A stretch of DNA of 64,000 nucleotides from Bacteroidota bacterium (lineage in GTDB: Bacteria > Bacteroidota > Bacteroidia > AKYH767-A > OLB10). Made by a program: the position numbers and the translations under genes. Location: positions 14 to 64,013 of the forward strand of contig JAHEMF010000002.1 of assembly GCA_024643795.1 (NCBI GenBank). The letters are read 5' to 3'. Under the pieces are notes generated by a model, which had not been told where the DNA came from, ran no database searches, and saw nothing but the letters and a program-made list of their open reading frames with translations. Shown piece by piece: positions 1-10,068 of this stretch; within the stretch, counting starts at the first letter, position 1; every line of letters starts with the position of its first letter.

Positions 1-80
1 TCGCACTGTGCGCTTGACTCAGTAAGGCTTGTGCAGATTATCATCAAAAATAAAATCAGGTAAGTTCTGGATGAGTTCAT
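1..80 (-). CDS. Partial CDS: N-terminus of a probable secreted protein, running off the window edge
   Basis: Manual translation from ATG at 80 gives MNSSRTYLILFLMIICTSLTESSAQC, a signal-peptide-like sequence ending in SAQ; it starts 10 nt after the stop of 91..840. Confidence 0.6.
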   Translation of the reverse strand, partial: MNSSRTYLILFLMIICTSLTESSAQC

Positions 81-90
81 TTATTTAGTT

Positions 91-840
91 TCAATGATTG
101 ATACCAGAATTTGCTTGCGGAAACTTCCGAAACCATGATTTGATTTTCATTTCCATTACTCCGATGAACGCTTCTGAAAATATACCGGTCGACATTTTGG
201 ATTCACCATCCTGACGATCTGTGAAAACAATTGGTACTTCAACAAGTTTGAATCCCATTTTCCAGGCAGTAAATTTCATTTCAATCTGGAATGCATAACC
301 GGTGAACTTGATCTTGTCAAGTTCCATAAGCTCAAGCACTTTTCTTCTGTAACATTTGAAGCCGGCGGTTGCATCTCTGACAGGCATTCTTGTGATCATT
401 CTAACATAAACTGATGCATAGTATGACATAATAACTCTGCCAATGGGCCAATTCACAACATTAACTCCTTTGATATAACGTGAGCCAATAGCCAAGTCCG
501 CGCCATTGGCACATGCATTATATAATTTGACAAGATCCTCTGGGTTATGCGAAAAATCGGCATCCATTTCAAAAATGAATTCATAAGGTCTTTTCAAGGC
601 CCACTTGAACCCATGAATGTAAGCTGTGCCCAAGCCCAGTTTGCCGGCTCGTTTTTCAATATGAAGTTTACCCTGAAATTCAGTCTGGAGTTTTTCAACT
701 ATCTGTGCAGTTCCGTCTTTGGAATTATCATCTACTACCAATATATCCATTGGTTTAGCGAGTGAAAATACGGTACGAATAATCGCTTCGATATTTTCTT
801 TTTCGTTATAGGTGGGGATTATGACCAGACTATCAGACAC
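91..840 (-). CDS. Polyprenol monophosphomannose synthase (GT2, DPM1-like)
   Basis: IIPTYNEKEN, VVDDNSKDGT, MDADFSHNP, DATAGFKCYRR and GYAFQIEM motifs. Confidence 0.9.
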   Translation of the reverse strand: MSDSLVIIPTYNEKENIEAIIRTVFSLAKPMDILVVDDNSKDGTAQIVEKLQTEFQGKLHIEKRAGKLGLGTAYIHGFKWALKRPYEFIFEMDADFSHNPEDLVKLYNACANGADLAIGSRYIKGVNVVNWPIGRVIMSYYASVYVRMITRMPVRDATAGFKCYRRKVLELMELDKIKFTGYAFQIEMKFTAWKMGFKLVEVPIVFTDRQDGESKMSTGIFSEAFIGVMEMKIKSWFRKFPQANSGINH

Positions 841-909
841 GACTCAGTAAAATATTGTTGGGAAACAAGGTATAAAAAAACGTTCCATTAATCACGATAT
901 CATTAATAT

Positions 910-1884
910 TTACCATCCCAGTATCCATGCAAAAATGAGAGGAGCTACGATACTTGCATCTGATTCAACAATAAATTTTGGAGTATTTATATCTAGTTTT
1001 CCCCATGTGATCTTTTCGTTGGGTACAGCACCAGAATAGGAACCATAACTGGTGGTTGAATCAGAGATCTGACAAAAGTAACTCCAGAATGGTATTTCAG
1101 TCATTTCCAGATCCTGGTATAGCATTGGTACAACACAGATTGGAAAATCACCCGCAATACCACCGCCTATCTGAAAAAATCCAACACCTTTACCACCGCT
1201 GTTTTTGATATACCAGTCGGATAGTTGGGTCATATATTCAATTCCGGATTTCATGGTTGAAGGTTTCAATTCACCTTTGATGCAATAAGAAGCAAAAATG
1301 TTTCCCATGGTACTGTCTTCCCAGCCGGGTACGATGATAGGAAGATTCTTTTCGGCAGCCGCCATCATCCAAGAATCTTTTGGATCGATCTGGTAAGAAT
1401 CTTTCATTGCTCCACTGAGCAAAAGTTTATACATATATTCATGAGGTAAATATCTTTCACCTTTTGATTCGGCATCTTTCCATATTTTAAAAATATGACT
1501 TTGTATCCTTCGAAAAGCTTCCTCTTCAGGTATACAGGTATCTGTAACTCTATTAAAGCCATTTTCAAGCAGATCCCATTCTTCCTGAGGACTAAGATCG
1601 CGGTAGTTAGGGACACGCTTATAGTGATCATGAGCTACAAGGTTCATGACATCTTCTTCAAGATTGGCGCCAGTACAGGAAATTATCTGCACTTTATCCT
1701 GACGTATCATTTCCGCCAATGACAATCCAAGTTCTCCTGTGCTCATTGCTCCGGCCAGTGTTATCATCATTTTGCCACCCTCAGCCAGGTGTGTCTCATA
1801 TCCTTTCGAGGCATCAATCAGTGCTGCTGCATTAAAATGCCTGAAATGGTGCTGAATGTATTGTGAAATGGGTCCTCTGTTCAT
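910..1884 (-). CDS. Deoxyhypusine synthase family protein (probable homospermidine synthase activity)
   Basis: ITLAGAM, CTGANLEED, IGGGIAGDF and GSYSGAVPNEKITWGK (catalytic Lys region) motifs. Confidence 0.9.
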   Translation of the reverse strand: MNRGPISQYIQHHFRHFNAAALIDASKGYETHLAEGGKMMITLAGAMSTGELGLSLAEMIRQDKVQIISCTGANLEEDVMNLVAHDHYKRVPNYRDLSPQEEWDLLENGFNRVTDTCIPEEEAFRRIQSHIFKIWKDAESKGERYLPHEYMYKLLLSGAMKDSYQIDPKDSWMMAAAEKNLPIIVPGWEDSTMGNIFASYCIKGELKPSTMKSGIEYMTQLSDWYIKNSGGKGVGFFQIGGGIAGDFPICVVPMLYQDLEMTEIPFWSYFCQISDSTTSYGSYSGAVPNEKITWGKLDINTPKFIVESDASIVAPLIFAWILGW

Positions 1885-2070
1885 ATTTATAGGTTTGATG
1901 GGAAGACAAATTTATAAAATATGCGTTATCGTCGTCTAATAATCAGAGAATACTCTTCCTTGGGTAGATCTGGAATTTTCTCATGTAAAAAGTAATTGAT
2001 CGTTAGATATATCACATGTGCCTGGGGTTACAAACAGGAATTCAATTTATAAAGCTTAACCCGATTCAAC

Positions 2071-2841
2071 TTATTTCGCCGCATTAGAAAAATTTAAAAA
2101 TTGACGAAGTACGCATTCAGGGTTATCTGCATGCAACCAATGTCCTGAATTTTCACAAGTTTCAACATTAACACTGTTGAATGTGAGGTAAATATTCTTT
2201 TCATCCTCATATGTAATATAATCTGAGCGGTCACCTTTCATAAATAGTGTAGGTGTTGTGACAGGTGAATTAAAAGTTACAGCCTGGCCTACATTTTCAA
2301 TTTTATCACTGATCACATTCAAATTAAATCGCCAGTTGTATCCATGCTCTGTTCGATACAGGTTTTTTAACAGAAATTGCCTGACCACTACCTCAGGGAT
2401 ACCTGCTTTCAAAATATTATCAGCACCCTGTCTGGAATCAATATTTTTCAGATCTACATTTCTTAAGCTCTGAATGATCCGTTGATGGTGCACCGGGTAG
2501 TAACGGGGGGCAATATCAAGAACTACCATCCCTTTCAGGAGTTCCGGATGAGCTTTACCAACTTCCAGGGCCACTTTCCCGCCAAGGGAGTGGCCTATCA
2601 GAAAAATTTTATCAAGTCCGAGATTCCTGATCAGCACATTGATATCTCTGGCCATTGATTCAAGAGTGAATTCAGGGTCATGGAATGATCGCCCATGGTT
2701 TCGCAGGTCGGCAGTGATCACCTTAAAGTTGTATTCACTCAATTGACGGGCAAATCCCTGCCAGTTGTCCAGAGAGCCAAAGAGTCCATGAAGTATGATC
2801 ACCGGAAAGCCATTTCCAATGATTTTATGATTTAGTATCAT
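2071..2841 (-). CDS. Alpha/beta hydrolase, YbfF/ABHD11-like esterase
   Basis: LHGLFGSLDNW, DLRNHGRS, GHSLGG nucleophile elbow, GHWLHADNP. Start moved to ATG 2841 (MILNHK), 4 nt after a TATTTTTA -7-like element. Confidence 0.85.
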   Translation of the reverse strand: MILNHKIIGNGFPVIILHGLFGSLDNWQGFARQLSEYNFKVITADLRNHGRSFHDPEFTLESMARDINVLIRNLGLDKIFLIGHSLGGKVALEVGKAHPELLKGMVVLDIAPRYYPVHHQRIIQSLRNVDLKNIDSRQGADNILKAGIPEVVVRQFLLKNLYRTEHGYNWRFNLNVISDKIENVGQAVTFNSPVTTPTLFMKGDRSDYITYEDEKNIYLTFNSVNVETCENSGHWLHADNPECVLRQFLNFSNAAK

Positions 2842-2918
2842 GCCGTAAAAATAACATAAGCTAAGAGAATACACTTTTAGGTTTCAATAGCCTTCAATTA
2901 TTGTAATTTTGTAACCCC

Positions 2919-3392
2919 ATGAAAGATATCAGGATACGAAAAGGAACTACGGAAGATCTTACTGCAGTGCTGGAGTTGATCAGAGAACTTGCCGAGTTTG
3001 AAAAGGCCCCGGAAGAGGTTACTAATAATGTTGCAGCAATGATCGAAGACTTTACAGGAAGTTCTCCTGTATTTAAACTACTGGTTGCTACAAAGGAGGA
3101 TGAGTTGGTAGGAATGGCAATTTATTTCACTAAATATTCTACCTGGAAAGGTAAAGGTGTTTATTTGGATGATATTGTTGTTAAAGAGCAGTATAGAAGA
3201 AAAGGAATAGGCAAACAATTATTTGATGCTCTGGTGCGAGAATCAAAAGTACTTGGTGCTAAACAATTGCATTGGCAGGTGCTCGACTGGAATTCTGATG
3301 CGATCGATTTTTATAAAAAGTATGATGCAGAATTAGATTCAGAGTGGATCAATTGTAAACTTACAGAAGAGCAAATTAATAATTTTAAATGA
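2919..3392 (+). CDS. GNAT N-acetyltransferase, SSAT/diamine acetyltransferase-like
   Basis: IRELAEFEK, YSTWKGKGVYLDDIVV, RRKGIG and WQVLDWN..AIDFY motifs; TAATTTTG promoter at 2904-2911. Confidence 0.85.
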   Translation: MKDIRIRKGTTEDLTAVLELIRELAEFEKAPEEVTNNVAAMIEDFTGSSPVFKLLVATKEDELVGMAIYFTKYSTWKGKGVYLDDIVVKEQYRRKGIGKQLFDALVRESKVLGAKQLHWQVLDWNSDAIDFYKKYDAELDSEWINCKLTEEQINNFK

Positions 3393-4666
3393 AGGTATTT
3401 AAGTTTGGAGGTGCCTCCATAAAAGATGCTGAGGCAGTAAAGAATATCGCAAGTATTCTCAGACATTATGAGAATGAGAAACTGGTAGTAGTGGTCTCTG
3501 CCATGGGGAAAACCACCAATGCATTGGAAGGAGTTGTAGCTGCCTATATAAACAATACCGGTGAATCATCTAAGCTTCTCAATGAAGTAAAAAAGTATCA
3601 TTTACATATCATGAAAGACCTGTTCCCCGAAGGAAATAAGGAATTGAGTAATGCGGTAAATAATTTTTTTGTTGAAGCGGAATGGGTTCTTGAAGAGCAG
3701 CCTTCTAAAGGATATGCATTTGCCTATGACCAGATCGTATCAACAGGTGAGCTTGTATCTACTAAGATCATTAGTGAATATTTGAAAGAATGTGGACTAA
3801 AGAATAACTGGCTGGATGCAAGAGGTTGTATCAGAACCGATAACTCATACAGAGAAGGTAAAATCCAGTGGGAAGTAACACAGTCACTTATAACAGAACA
3901 GGTAGCAGAACTATTCAACCGTTCGAATATTGTGATCACTCAGGGTTTCATCGGTTGTACTTCAGAAAATTATACTACTACGCTAGGGCGGGAGGGAAGT
4001 GACTTTTCAGCTGCGATCTTTGCCTTTTGCCTTGATGCTCCTGAAGTATATATCTGGAAGGATGTACCCGGTGTGCTCAACGCCGATCCAAAGCATTTTC
4101 CGGAAGCACAGAAACTGGAAATGATCAGTTATCTGGATGCCATTGAGCTGGCATATTATGGAGCATCTGTTATACACCCCAAAACAATAAAGCCCCTTGA
4201 AAACAAAAATATTACCCTGTATGTTAAGTCATTTTTAAATCCTACCGCAACAGGAACTTTGGTGGGAACAAATGCTCAAACCAAACCACTCATTCCTTCA
4301 TTCATTATGAAGTTTAATCAGGAGCTAGTTAGTATCAGTGCAATAGATTTCTCCTTTATTGCCGAAGATAACCTGAGTGTGATATTTGGAATTTTTGCAA
4401 AACACAAGGTGAAGATCAATATGATGCAGAATTCTGCTATCAGTTTCAGTGCCTGTATTGATAATGATCCATTTAAGGTTCCTGCACTACTGGAAGAACT
4501 TAATAGGAGTTTTAAAGTTTTATATAATGATAACTTACTGTTGTATACCATCCGGCATTATTACCCTTCTACTATAGAGATGCTTACAGCAGGAAAGGAA
4601 GTGTTGGTTGAACAGCGAAGCCGGCATACGGCACAGTTTGTTGTACGAAATTCCGAATCCCAATAA
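3389..4666 (+). CDS. lysC: Aspartate kinase
   Basis: VFKFGGAS, VVVSAMGKTTN, TTLGREGSDFSA, WKDVPGVLNADP motifs and a C-terminal ACT-like region. Confidence 0.92.
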   Translation: MKVFKFGGASIKDAEAVKNIASILRHYENEKLVVVVSAMGKTTNALEGVVAAYINNTGESSKLLNEVKKYHLHIMKDLFPEGNKELSNAVNNFFVEAEWVLEEQPSKGYAFAYDQIVSTGELVSTKIISEYLKECGLKNNWLDARGCIRTDNSYREGKIQWEVTQSLITEQVAELFNRSNIVITQGFIGCTSENYTTTLGREGSDFSAAIFAFCLDAPEVYIWKDVPGVLNADPKHFPEAQKLEMISYLDAIELAYYGASVIHPKTIKPLENKNITLYVKSFLNPTATGTLVGTNAQTKPLIPSFIMKFNQELVSISAIDFSFIAEDNLSVIFGIFAKHKVKINMMQNSAISFSACIDNDPFKVPALLEELNRSFKVLYNDNLLLYTIRHYYPSTIEMLTAGKEVLVEQRSRHTAQFVVRNSESQ

Positions 4667-5740
4667 ATGATCAGTAGTGAATCACCTCGGAGCAAAGCAA
4701 ATGTTATAACCTGGTTGTTGGCAGGTTGTGCACTGATCTTTTTGATGGTGATCGTTGGCGGAATTACCCGTCTCACAGGTTCAGGTTTATCCATCACTCA
4801 GTGGAAAGTTGTTACCGGTACCATTCCACCGCTCACCGAACAACAGTGGGTCCATGAGTTTGAACAATACAGTCAAACGCCTCAATTTAACCAGATAAAC
4901 AGTCATTTTGGAGTTGAAGAATTTAAGTCGATCTACTGGTGGGAGTATATCCACAGGTTGATAGGAAGGCTGATCGGTATAGTGTTCCTTGTGCCTTTCA
5001 TTTATTTCATAATTACAAAACAGATCAGTCGTACCATGATATGGAAGAGCATGATTTTGTTTTTTATGGGTGGCTTGCAGGGTTTTGTAGGATGGTACAT
5101 GGTTAAGAGTGGACTTGTAAATGAACCAAGTGTGAGTCATTACAGACTTGCTTTACATCTTTCAACAGCATTTTTAACTTTTGGCCTCACCTTTTGGTTT
5201 GCACTGGACCTCATAGCACATAAAGAACAGCTGGCTGATTCTATTGTAAAGAAATTCAGAGCAGGATCTGTTGTTATTTTTCTGATCGTATTTTTGCAGA
5301 TAATTCTCGGTGCATTCGTTGCCGGACTGGATGCCGGATTTGTGTATAATACTTTTCCCAAGATGGGAGAAACATGGATAGCTGAAGCAGTTCCATATGT
5401 ATGGAATAAGGATGGGTTCAGAGGGCTAATAGACTCATTAGCCGGAGTTCAGTTTCTGCACCGTTATATGGCTTATTTGGTACTGGCAGTAATTGTTTTG
5501 GGTATTCTAAAATCCAGAAAACTTAAAAATGAAGAAAGCGGCAGCCGAGAACTTAAGACCTGCTACAATATTTTAGGATTCGTAGTCTTGATTCAATTTT
5601 TGCTGGGCGTGTTTACACTGATCTACAAAGTGCCGGTTACATTAGGTGTGATACATCAGGCTACAGCATTTCTGTTATTTGCAGCTTCCATATACTTAAT
5701 GCACTTTATCAGATATACCTCTTCTCAGATCCCACATTGA
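4667..5740 (+). CDS. ctaA: Heme A synthase (COX15/CtaA)
   Basis: GGITRLTGSGLSIT, WWEYIHRLIGR, GWYMVKSGL, VSHYRLALHL, QFLHR and HQ motifs; multiple TM helices. Confidence 0.92.
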   Translation: MISSESPRSKANVITWLLAGCALIFLMVIVGGITRLTGSGLSITQWKVVTGTIPPLTEQQWVHEFEQYSQTPQFNQINSHFGVEEFKSIYWWEYIHRLIGRLIGIVFLVPFIYFIITKQISRTMIWKSMILFFMGGLQGFVGWYMVKSGLVNEPSVSHYRLALHLSTAFLTFGLTFWFALDLIAHKEQLADSIVKKFRAGSVVIFLIVFLQIILGAFVAGLDAGFVYNTFPKMGETWIAEAVPYVWNKDGFRGLIDSLAGVQFLHRYMAYLVLAVIVLGILKSRKLKNEESGSRELKTCYNILGFVVLIQFLLGVFTLIYKVPVTLGVIHQATAFLLFAASIYLMHFIRYTSSQIPH

Positions 5741-5747
5741 TCTTTTA

Positions 5748-8135
5748 TCATTCAATAATGAGTTTTTTACTTTTCTTTCCTGCAGAATCTTCAAGTAATT
5801 CTACGACGTAAATTCCGGCAGATATACCGGTAAGGTCAACTTGAATGGACCTGACCCCGGGCAGAACCTTCATTTGCCTAATGATACGGCCACTTATATC
5901 GTAGATCAATAGTCTGCTTTCTGATAAAGTTGATCGGGAGAAATTAACTACCAGATCATTTTTTGCGGGGTTAGGAGCCAGATAGAAATTGAATTCTCCG
6001 AATTCTGCTAATCCGGTTGAACCGGGTAGTACAACCTGCACACTGAGATCATCAAAATAATATCCATCATAGTTGAGAAAGAAATCGCTTTGAATAATAA
6101 ACCTTATGATCACATTGGATGAACCTGCAAAGGCACTCAAATCCATTTCTTCTTCCACCCAGGAAGTCTGAAATCCGTCATACAATGGTTCGCCCGGTAT
6201 TTGTGATGAGCTGCCCGGTTTGGTATATTTTCCACACAAGGTTGTCCAGTTAAGACCATTGTTGTCAGAAGCCTGAACCAGCACATAATCATATCCTGGT
6301 TCAATTTCCCAACGTGCCATAAATCGGAGTTTTGCATCAATTGCATTTGAAAGGTCAAGTGTTGTGTTAAGTGTGCATGTGTTTGTATTGTTATCCTGAT
6401 AATTACCTGAGGGAGAATCTGTGATCGAGGAAGGAGCACTGAAAAACACACTGGTGCTTAATCCCCATCCACCCGGGTTCCATCCGCCAAGTGTGCCGCC
6501 ATTATTACTATAAATCGCAACAGGTGTTCCGAATGTTCTGTAAATGGTATCGGAACGAACTGTTGTACCATTATCAATTTTCAATACATATACGACCGGA
6601 TCTCCAAAAGTCATAGGAGAAGAGACATGTATCTCAATTGAATCATTTACTTGTTGCATAAGACCAAGACCTGAAAACACTTTGGGCTGTCCTATGAAAG
6701 TTATATTGGAGGTGACTGCAGAAACCGAAACAGTATAGGAGCCGGTTGTATCAAGTCCAAGTTGTGAAATAGTGAATCTTGCCATGTCAGCATAAGTGTT
6801 AAACAAAACAGGTGAGGTTTCCGCCACTGTTGCATATTTTCCGGTAAGCAAAGCTGCATTTATGTTCTGAAACATATTATCGTTACAGATCCCGATGATC
6901 TGTGATGAAGGTGGCCAGAAACCAAAATTACCATCCCCTGCTTCGGGGGTCATGGCAAGGATCTTGGGCTTGGCAATTTGTTCGCCATACATCCAGTCGT
7001 CAGATGATCCGTTAACTATATATCCAACGGTTTGGTTTGCGGTTCCATAAGTATAACCGTTGTATGTTGTGAGTAAACTACCATAATTCACCAATAATGC
7101 GGAATCTGGTGTATAAATATCGTAATCATAACCCCATGGATATATGAGCAGGTTACCATAAGTGTGATAGTTCAAAGCAATGAGGAATTCCCGTGTATTC
7201 ACAAAGTCGCGTACCAGTTGTGTCTCCGGCTCAGAGAAGGGGCCGGTGCCTCTGTATGTGGCATCAATACCAACAGGTGATGAGCCATCATCATCAAACC
7301 CCCAATTATACCCGTAGTTCCTGTTAAGGTCTACGCCAACACTGCCATCTAGGTTCGGACGTTTATTCTTTCTCCACATTCCACCACCACCGGGATTGTT
7401 GACCTCATTTTCCAGGTATCCGTCAGGGTTGACACATGGGATGAAGAACAATTCTACATCATTCACTATTTGTGTGATCTCAGGATCTGAATTATAATTT
7501 TCCAGGATGTACCACATGTAAAATATCAGTTGTGACATGCCGCCAGGTTCACGTGCATGATGCACTGCAGTATACAGCATTTCAGGTTCCGGTTCATCAA
7601 TATTTACATTATCCGAGATCTTCACATAATAAATGGGTCTTCCTTCAATGGTTGTTCCCAGCCCAACAGGTTGTTTGATAGAAATAAGCGTAGGATATTT
7701 GGATGCCATAGAATCAAGGTTATCCAGCATTTGCTGGTAAGTAAAATAACCCCCCATTGATCCAAGGGAAAAATTTACAGGTGTCTGATATACTGGTGCA
7801 TTTATCCCGCTGCAACCTGCAGCAGTAGATTTACTAACAACAGGAGTGGATATGATATTTTGCTGGGTATAAAATTTCTGAACATCAGCTATCATCACTT
7901 CATATCTAAAACCTGCATTACTGATTTTGGTTATTTCAAAATCGCTAAGGTCTGTTATAAACCAAACGCCTGGTCTTAACTGTCCATGATCAGTTTCGAT
8001 GCCAAGGGCTGCCAGATCGCGTATACTGTTTTCGGGAGTGTACACCTTTACTCTGTGATACTGCATTTGGGCAAAGGTTGTTTGCACATAAAATAAAGCC
8101 AGAATGCAAATCATTAGTTTTTTCATGGTAAACAA
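5748..8135 (-). CDS. M14 zinc carboxypeptidase (carboxypeptidase T-like) with a type A T9SS C-terminal sorting domain
   Basis: HHAREP, WRKNKR, GVDLNRNY and NYHTY motifs; signal peptide; C-terminal APNPAKN...IYDISGRII...GIYVVEL...KKLIIE. Confidence 0.9.
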   Translation of the reverse strand: MFTMKKLMICILALFYVQTTFAQMQYHRVKVYTPENSIRDLAALGIETDHGQLRPGVWFITDLSDFEITKISNAGFRYEVMIADVQKFYTQQNIISTPVVSKSTAAGCSGINAPVYQTPVNFSLGSMGGYFTYQQMLDNLDSMASKYPTLISIKQPVGLGTTIEGRPIYYVKISDNVNIDEPEPEMLYTAVHHAREPGGMSQLIFYMWYILENYNSDPEITQIVNDVELFFIPCVNPDGYLENEVNNPGGGGMWRKNKRPNLDGSVGVDLNRNYGYNWGFDDDGSSPVGIDATYRGTGPFSEPETQLVRDFVNTREFLIALNYHTYGNLLIYPWGYDYDIYTPDSALLVNYGSLLTTYNGYTYGTANQTVGYIVNGSSDDWMYGEQIAKPKILAMTPEAGDGNFGFWPPSSQIIGICNDNMFQNINAALLTGKYATVAETSPVLFNTYADMARFTISQLGLDTTGSYTVSVSAVTSNITFIGQPKVFSGLGLMQQVNDSIEIHVSSPMTFGDPVVYVLKIDNGTTVRSDTIYRTFGTPVAIYSNNGGTLGGWNPGGWGLSTSVFFSAPSSITDSPSGNYQDNNTNTCTLNTTLDLSNAIDAKLRFMARWEIEPGYDYVLVQASDNNGLNWTTLCGKYTKPGSSSQIPGEPLYDGFQTSWVEEEMDLSAFAGSSNVIIRFIIQSDFFLNYDGYYFDDLSVQVVLPGSTGLAEFGEFNFYLAPNPAKNDLVVNFSRSTLSESRLLIYDISGRIIRQMKVLPGVRSIQVDLTGISAGIYVVELLEDSAGKKSKKLIIE

Positions 8136-8183
8136 GTTTGATCACTCAAATATACGTAACCTCAGTTAAGCATATTTGTAAGC

Positions 8184-8211
8184 AAAAAGCCCACATTTCT
8201 GCGGGCTTTTT
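8184..8211. terminator. Intrinsic terminator (A/T tracts on both sides)
   Basis: AAAAAGCCC-N10-GGGCTTTTT, just past the stop of 8228..9241. Confidence 0.75.
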
Positions 8212-8227
8212 AATCAGTAGTCAAATT

Positions 8228-9241
8228 TCAGGGCGTGGGCAATGGGTAATAAACCTGTGTAAGCCACTTGGATGTGTCAGGTTCAGCACCGGGATCGGTA
8301 ACATATGATTCCCAAGGAGAACCTTCGAGCCTAATATGTTCTTCGGCTGCGTATTCAGCAATGAAATCATGCACATCACCCAGGTTATTGTAGTTCCCCA
8401 AATAATCAACCTTGAGTGCCCGAACGGATGGTAGTGACTTAGCAATTACATCATCATTACTCTTTCCGGCTTTCTGTACAGGAATGCAAGGTTCCATCTT
8501 AACTTCTTCATCGCTGTATGAATGATAAATTGCCATTGGAGCTCCTGTCATCGTCAGTTTTTGTTTCATCACCTCCGCCATTAATTTGCCATACGACTCT
8601 CCCAGAGCTTTTGAAATATCAGCAGCGGTACAGGTGACCTCCATAGACATTACCTGTACCTGAGGAGTTAATACTTCTTCAATAGGGTACCGCTGTTCCT
8701 TTTCAATGATCACTGATTGGCAATAGGCTTTCAGGTTGTTCAATGTTTTTTCAAAATCGGGCCCCATCCATCCATCTAACATAAGCCCAGGGAATACCCT
8801 ACCCAAAAATCCGACATCTATGTTGATATAACCTACCACTTCGCTTGATGCAGCTGTATTGTTTTTAATGAGCCACCCGGCATCATTAGGTGGCATTTCT
8901 CCAAATGCAATTGAAGTTATAACCTTTGACGGAGGCTCACTTTGTGTGATGGTCATGCTGCCATCACCAACCTGAGGGTGTTCACTCTTCCATTTATGCA
9001 CTGCACCCACACCTTCATCCGGCCCTTCAAATTCAGAAGTCATGTCGGGATCCAGATTGTCCCAATACGACCAGTATTGCCATTTTTTTAAATTGTTGAT
9101 CTGATCAAAAACCAACTCAGGATTAGAGTTTATCAATACAGACCTTTCAATATGTACGGTGGAAGGAAGAAATAAAGAGATAAATACCCACAACAGAATA
9201 ATGAGTACCAAGCCTGTTCCCAGGAGTTTTAAAACTTTCAT
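8228..9241 (-). CDS. Membrane-anchored SRPBCC (START-like) plus GyrI-like small-molecule-binding domain protein
   Basis: N-terminal TM helix; VHIERSVLI..W..WS.W...DP (SRPBCC); C-terminal GAPMAIYH, YLGNYNNL and PWESYVTDP..TQVYYP (GyrI-like). Confidence 0.8.
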   Translation of the reverse strand: MKVLKLLGTGLVLIILLWVFISLFLPSTVHIERSVLINSNPELVFDQINNLKKWQYWSYWDNLDPDMTSEFEGPDEGVGAVHKWKSEHPQVGDGSMTITQSEPPSKVITSIAFGEMPPNDAGWLIKNNTAASSEVVGYINIDVGFLGRVFPGLMLDGWMGPDFEKTLNNLKAYCQSVIIEKEQRYPIEEVLTPQVQVMSMEVTCTAADISKALGESYGKLMAEVMKQKLTMTGAPMAIYHSYSDEEVKMEPCIPVQKAGKSNDDVIAKSLPSVRALKVDYLGNYNNLGDVHDFIAEYAAEEHIRLEGSPWESYVTDPGAEPDTSKWLTQVYYPLPTP

Positions 9242-9369
9242 AATATGATTAATTAGTTAGGTTATTGTTTGGCTACGTCAATACAATAATAAAAATTTTA
9301 TAATTAAACAGGAACCAATCCTGTAAGTTGTTTGTAGTGGGGATCAGGCAACAGTTCTGTAAAAAGGAT

Positions 9370-9377
9370 TACTTTTG
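9370..9377 (+). promoter_or_regulatory. Bacteroidota -7 promoter element for tRNA-Arg
   Basis: TACTTTTG matches TAnnTTTG and lies 25 nt upstream of the tRNA. Confidence 0.65.
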
Positions 9378-9402
9378 CGGCGGCTTTTTATTAAGTTCTT
9401 AA

Positions 9403-9476
9403 GGACCCGTAGTTCAACTGGATAGAATGACAGATTCCGGTTCTGTTGGTTGGGGGTTCGAATCCCTTCGGGTCCG
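9403..9476 (+). tRNA. tRNA-Arg(CCG)
   Basis: Acceptor stem GGACCCG/CGGGTCC; anticodon arm ACAGA-TT-CCG-GT-TCTGT; T arm GGGGG-TTCGAAT-CCCTT; CCA not encoded. Confidence 0.95.
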
Positions 9477-9483
9477 CCGGTGT

Positions 9484-9518
9484 AAAGATCAGCTTGTCGA
9501 AAGATGGGCTGATCTTTT
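9484..9518. terminator. Bidirectional terminator between tRNA-Arg and the convergent gene
   Basis: AAAGATCAGCTTGTC-GAAA-GATGGGCTGATCTTTT hairpin. Confidence 0.8.
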
Positions 9519-9528
9519 AATATACAAC

Positions 9529-10068
9529 CTAATCAGTTAACTCGATCATCTCTACATCAACAGGTAGCTTGTATTTAAGTAAAAGTTGTGTGAGATAATG
9601 TTTAAATTCTGAACTGATGCCTCCCTTTGTACAGCAATAGCCACCTTTTCCTTTGCACATACACTCGCCCTGCCGTTGAACTTTTAATGGAAAACTAGCA
9701 TACAGGTTGTTGGTATACATACATATTTCAACCAGGGCTTTGATGGATCCTTTCTTGTAAAAAATGATCTGAACATCGTATACAGGAGTAACGGCTTGTG
9801 CAGAGCCGTATGACGACCTTTCGTAGATCCGGTCTAAAAGCAACTTTGCATCTTCGGTAGTCAACTTACTATGTCCGGTAACTTCAATTCCGCCTTGTTT
9901 TGTTTCGTATCCGGGAGGAAGGATCGGGTCAAATTTATGGTCAGTTATTGTTGAAACAATAACACTGTCAGCACCATTTAACCTGACCGCACATTTAGCT
10001 GAAGTGGAAAATAATGTTGTGATCAGAAAAACGATCAACAAAGTTGAACGAATCCGGGAGTTTTTCAT
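9529..10068 (-). CDS. Hypothetical exported protein with a Cys-rich motif
   Basis: 179-aa ORF with a signal peptide; overlaps the GT9 stop (ATGA); contains CMCKGKGGYCC. Confidence 0.65.
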   Translation of the reverse strand: MKNSRIRSTLLIVFLITTLFSTSAKCAVRLNGADSVIVSTITDHKFDPILPPGYETKQGGIEVTGHSKLTTEDAKLLLDRIYERSSYGSAQAVTPVYDVQIIFYKKGSIKALVEICMYTNNLYASFPLKVQRQGECMCKGKGGYCCTKGGISSEFKHYLTQLLLKYKLPVDVEMIELTD

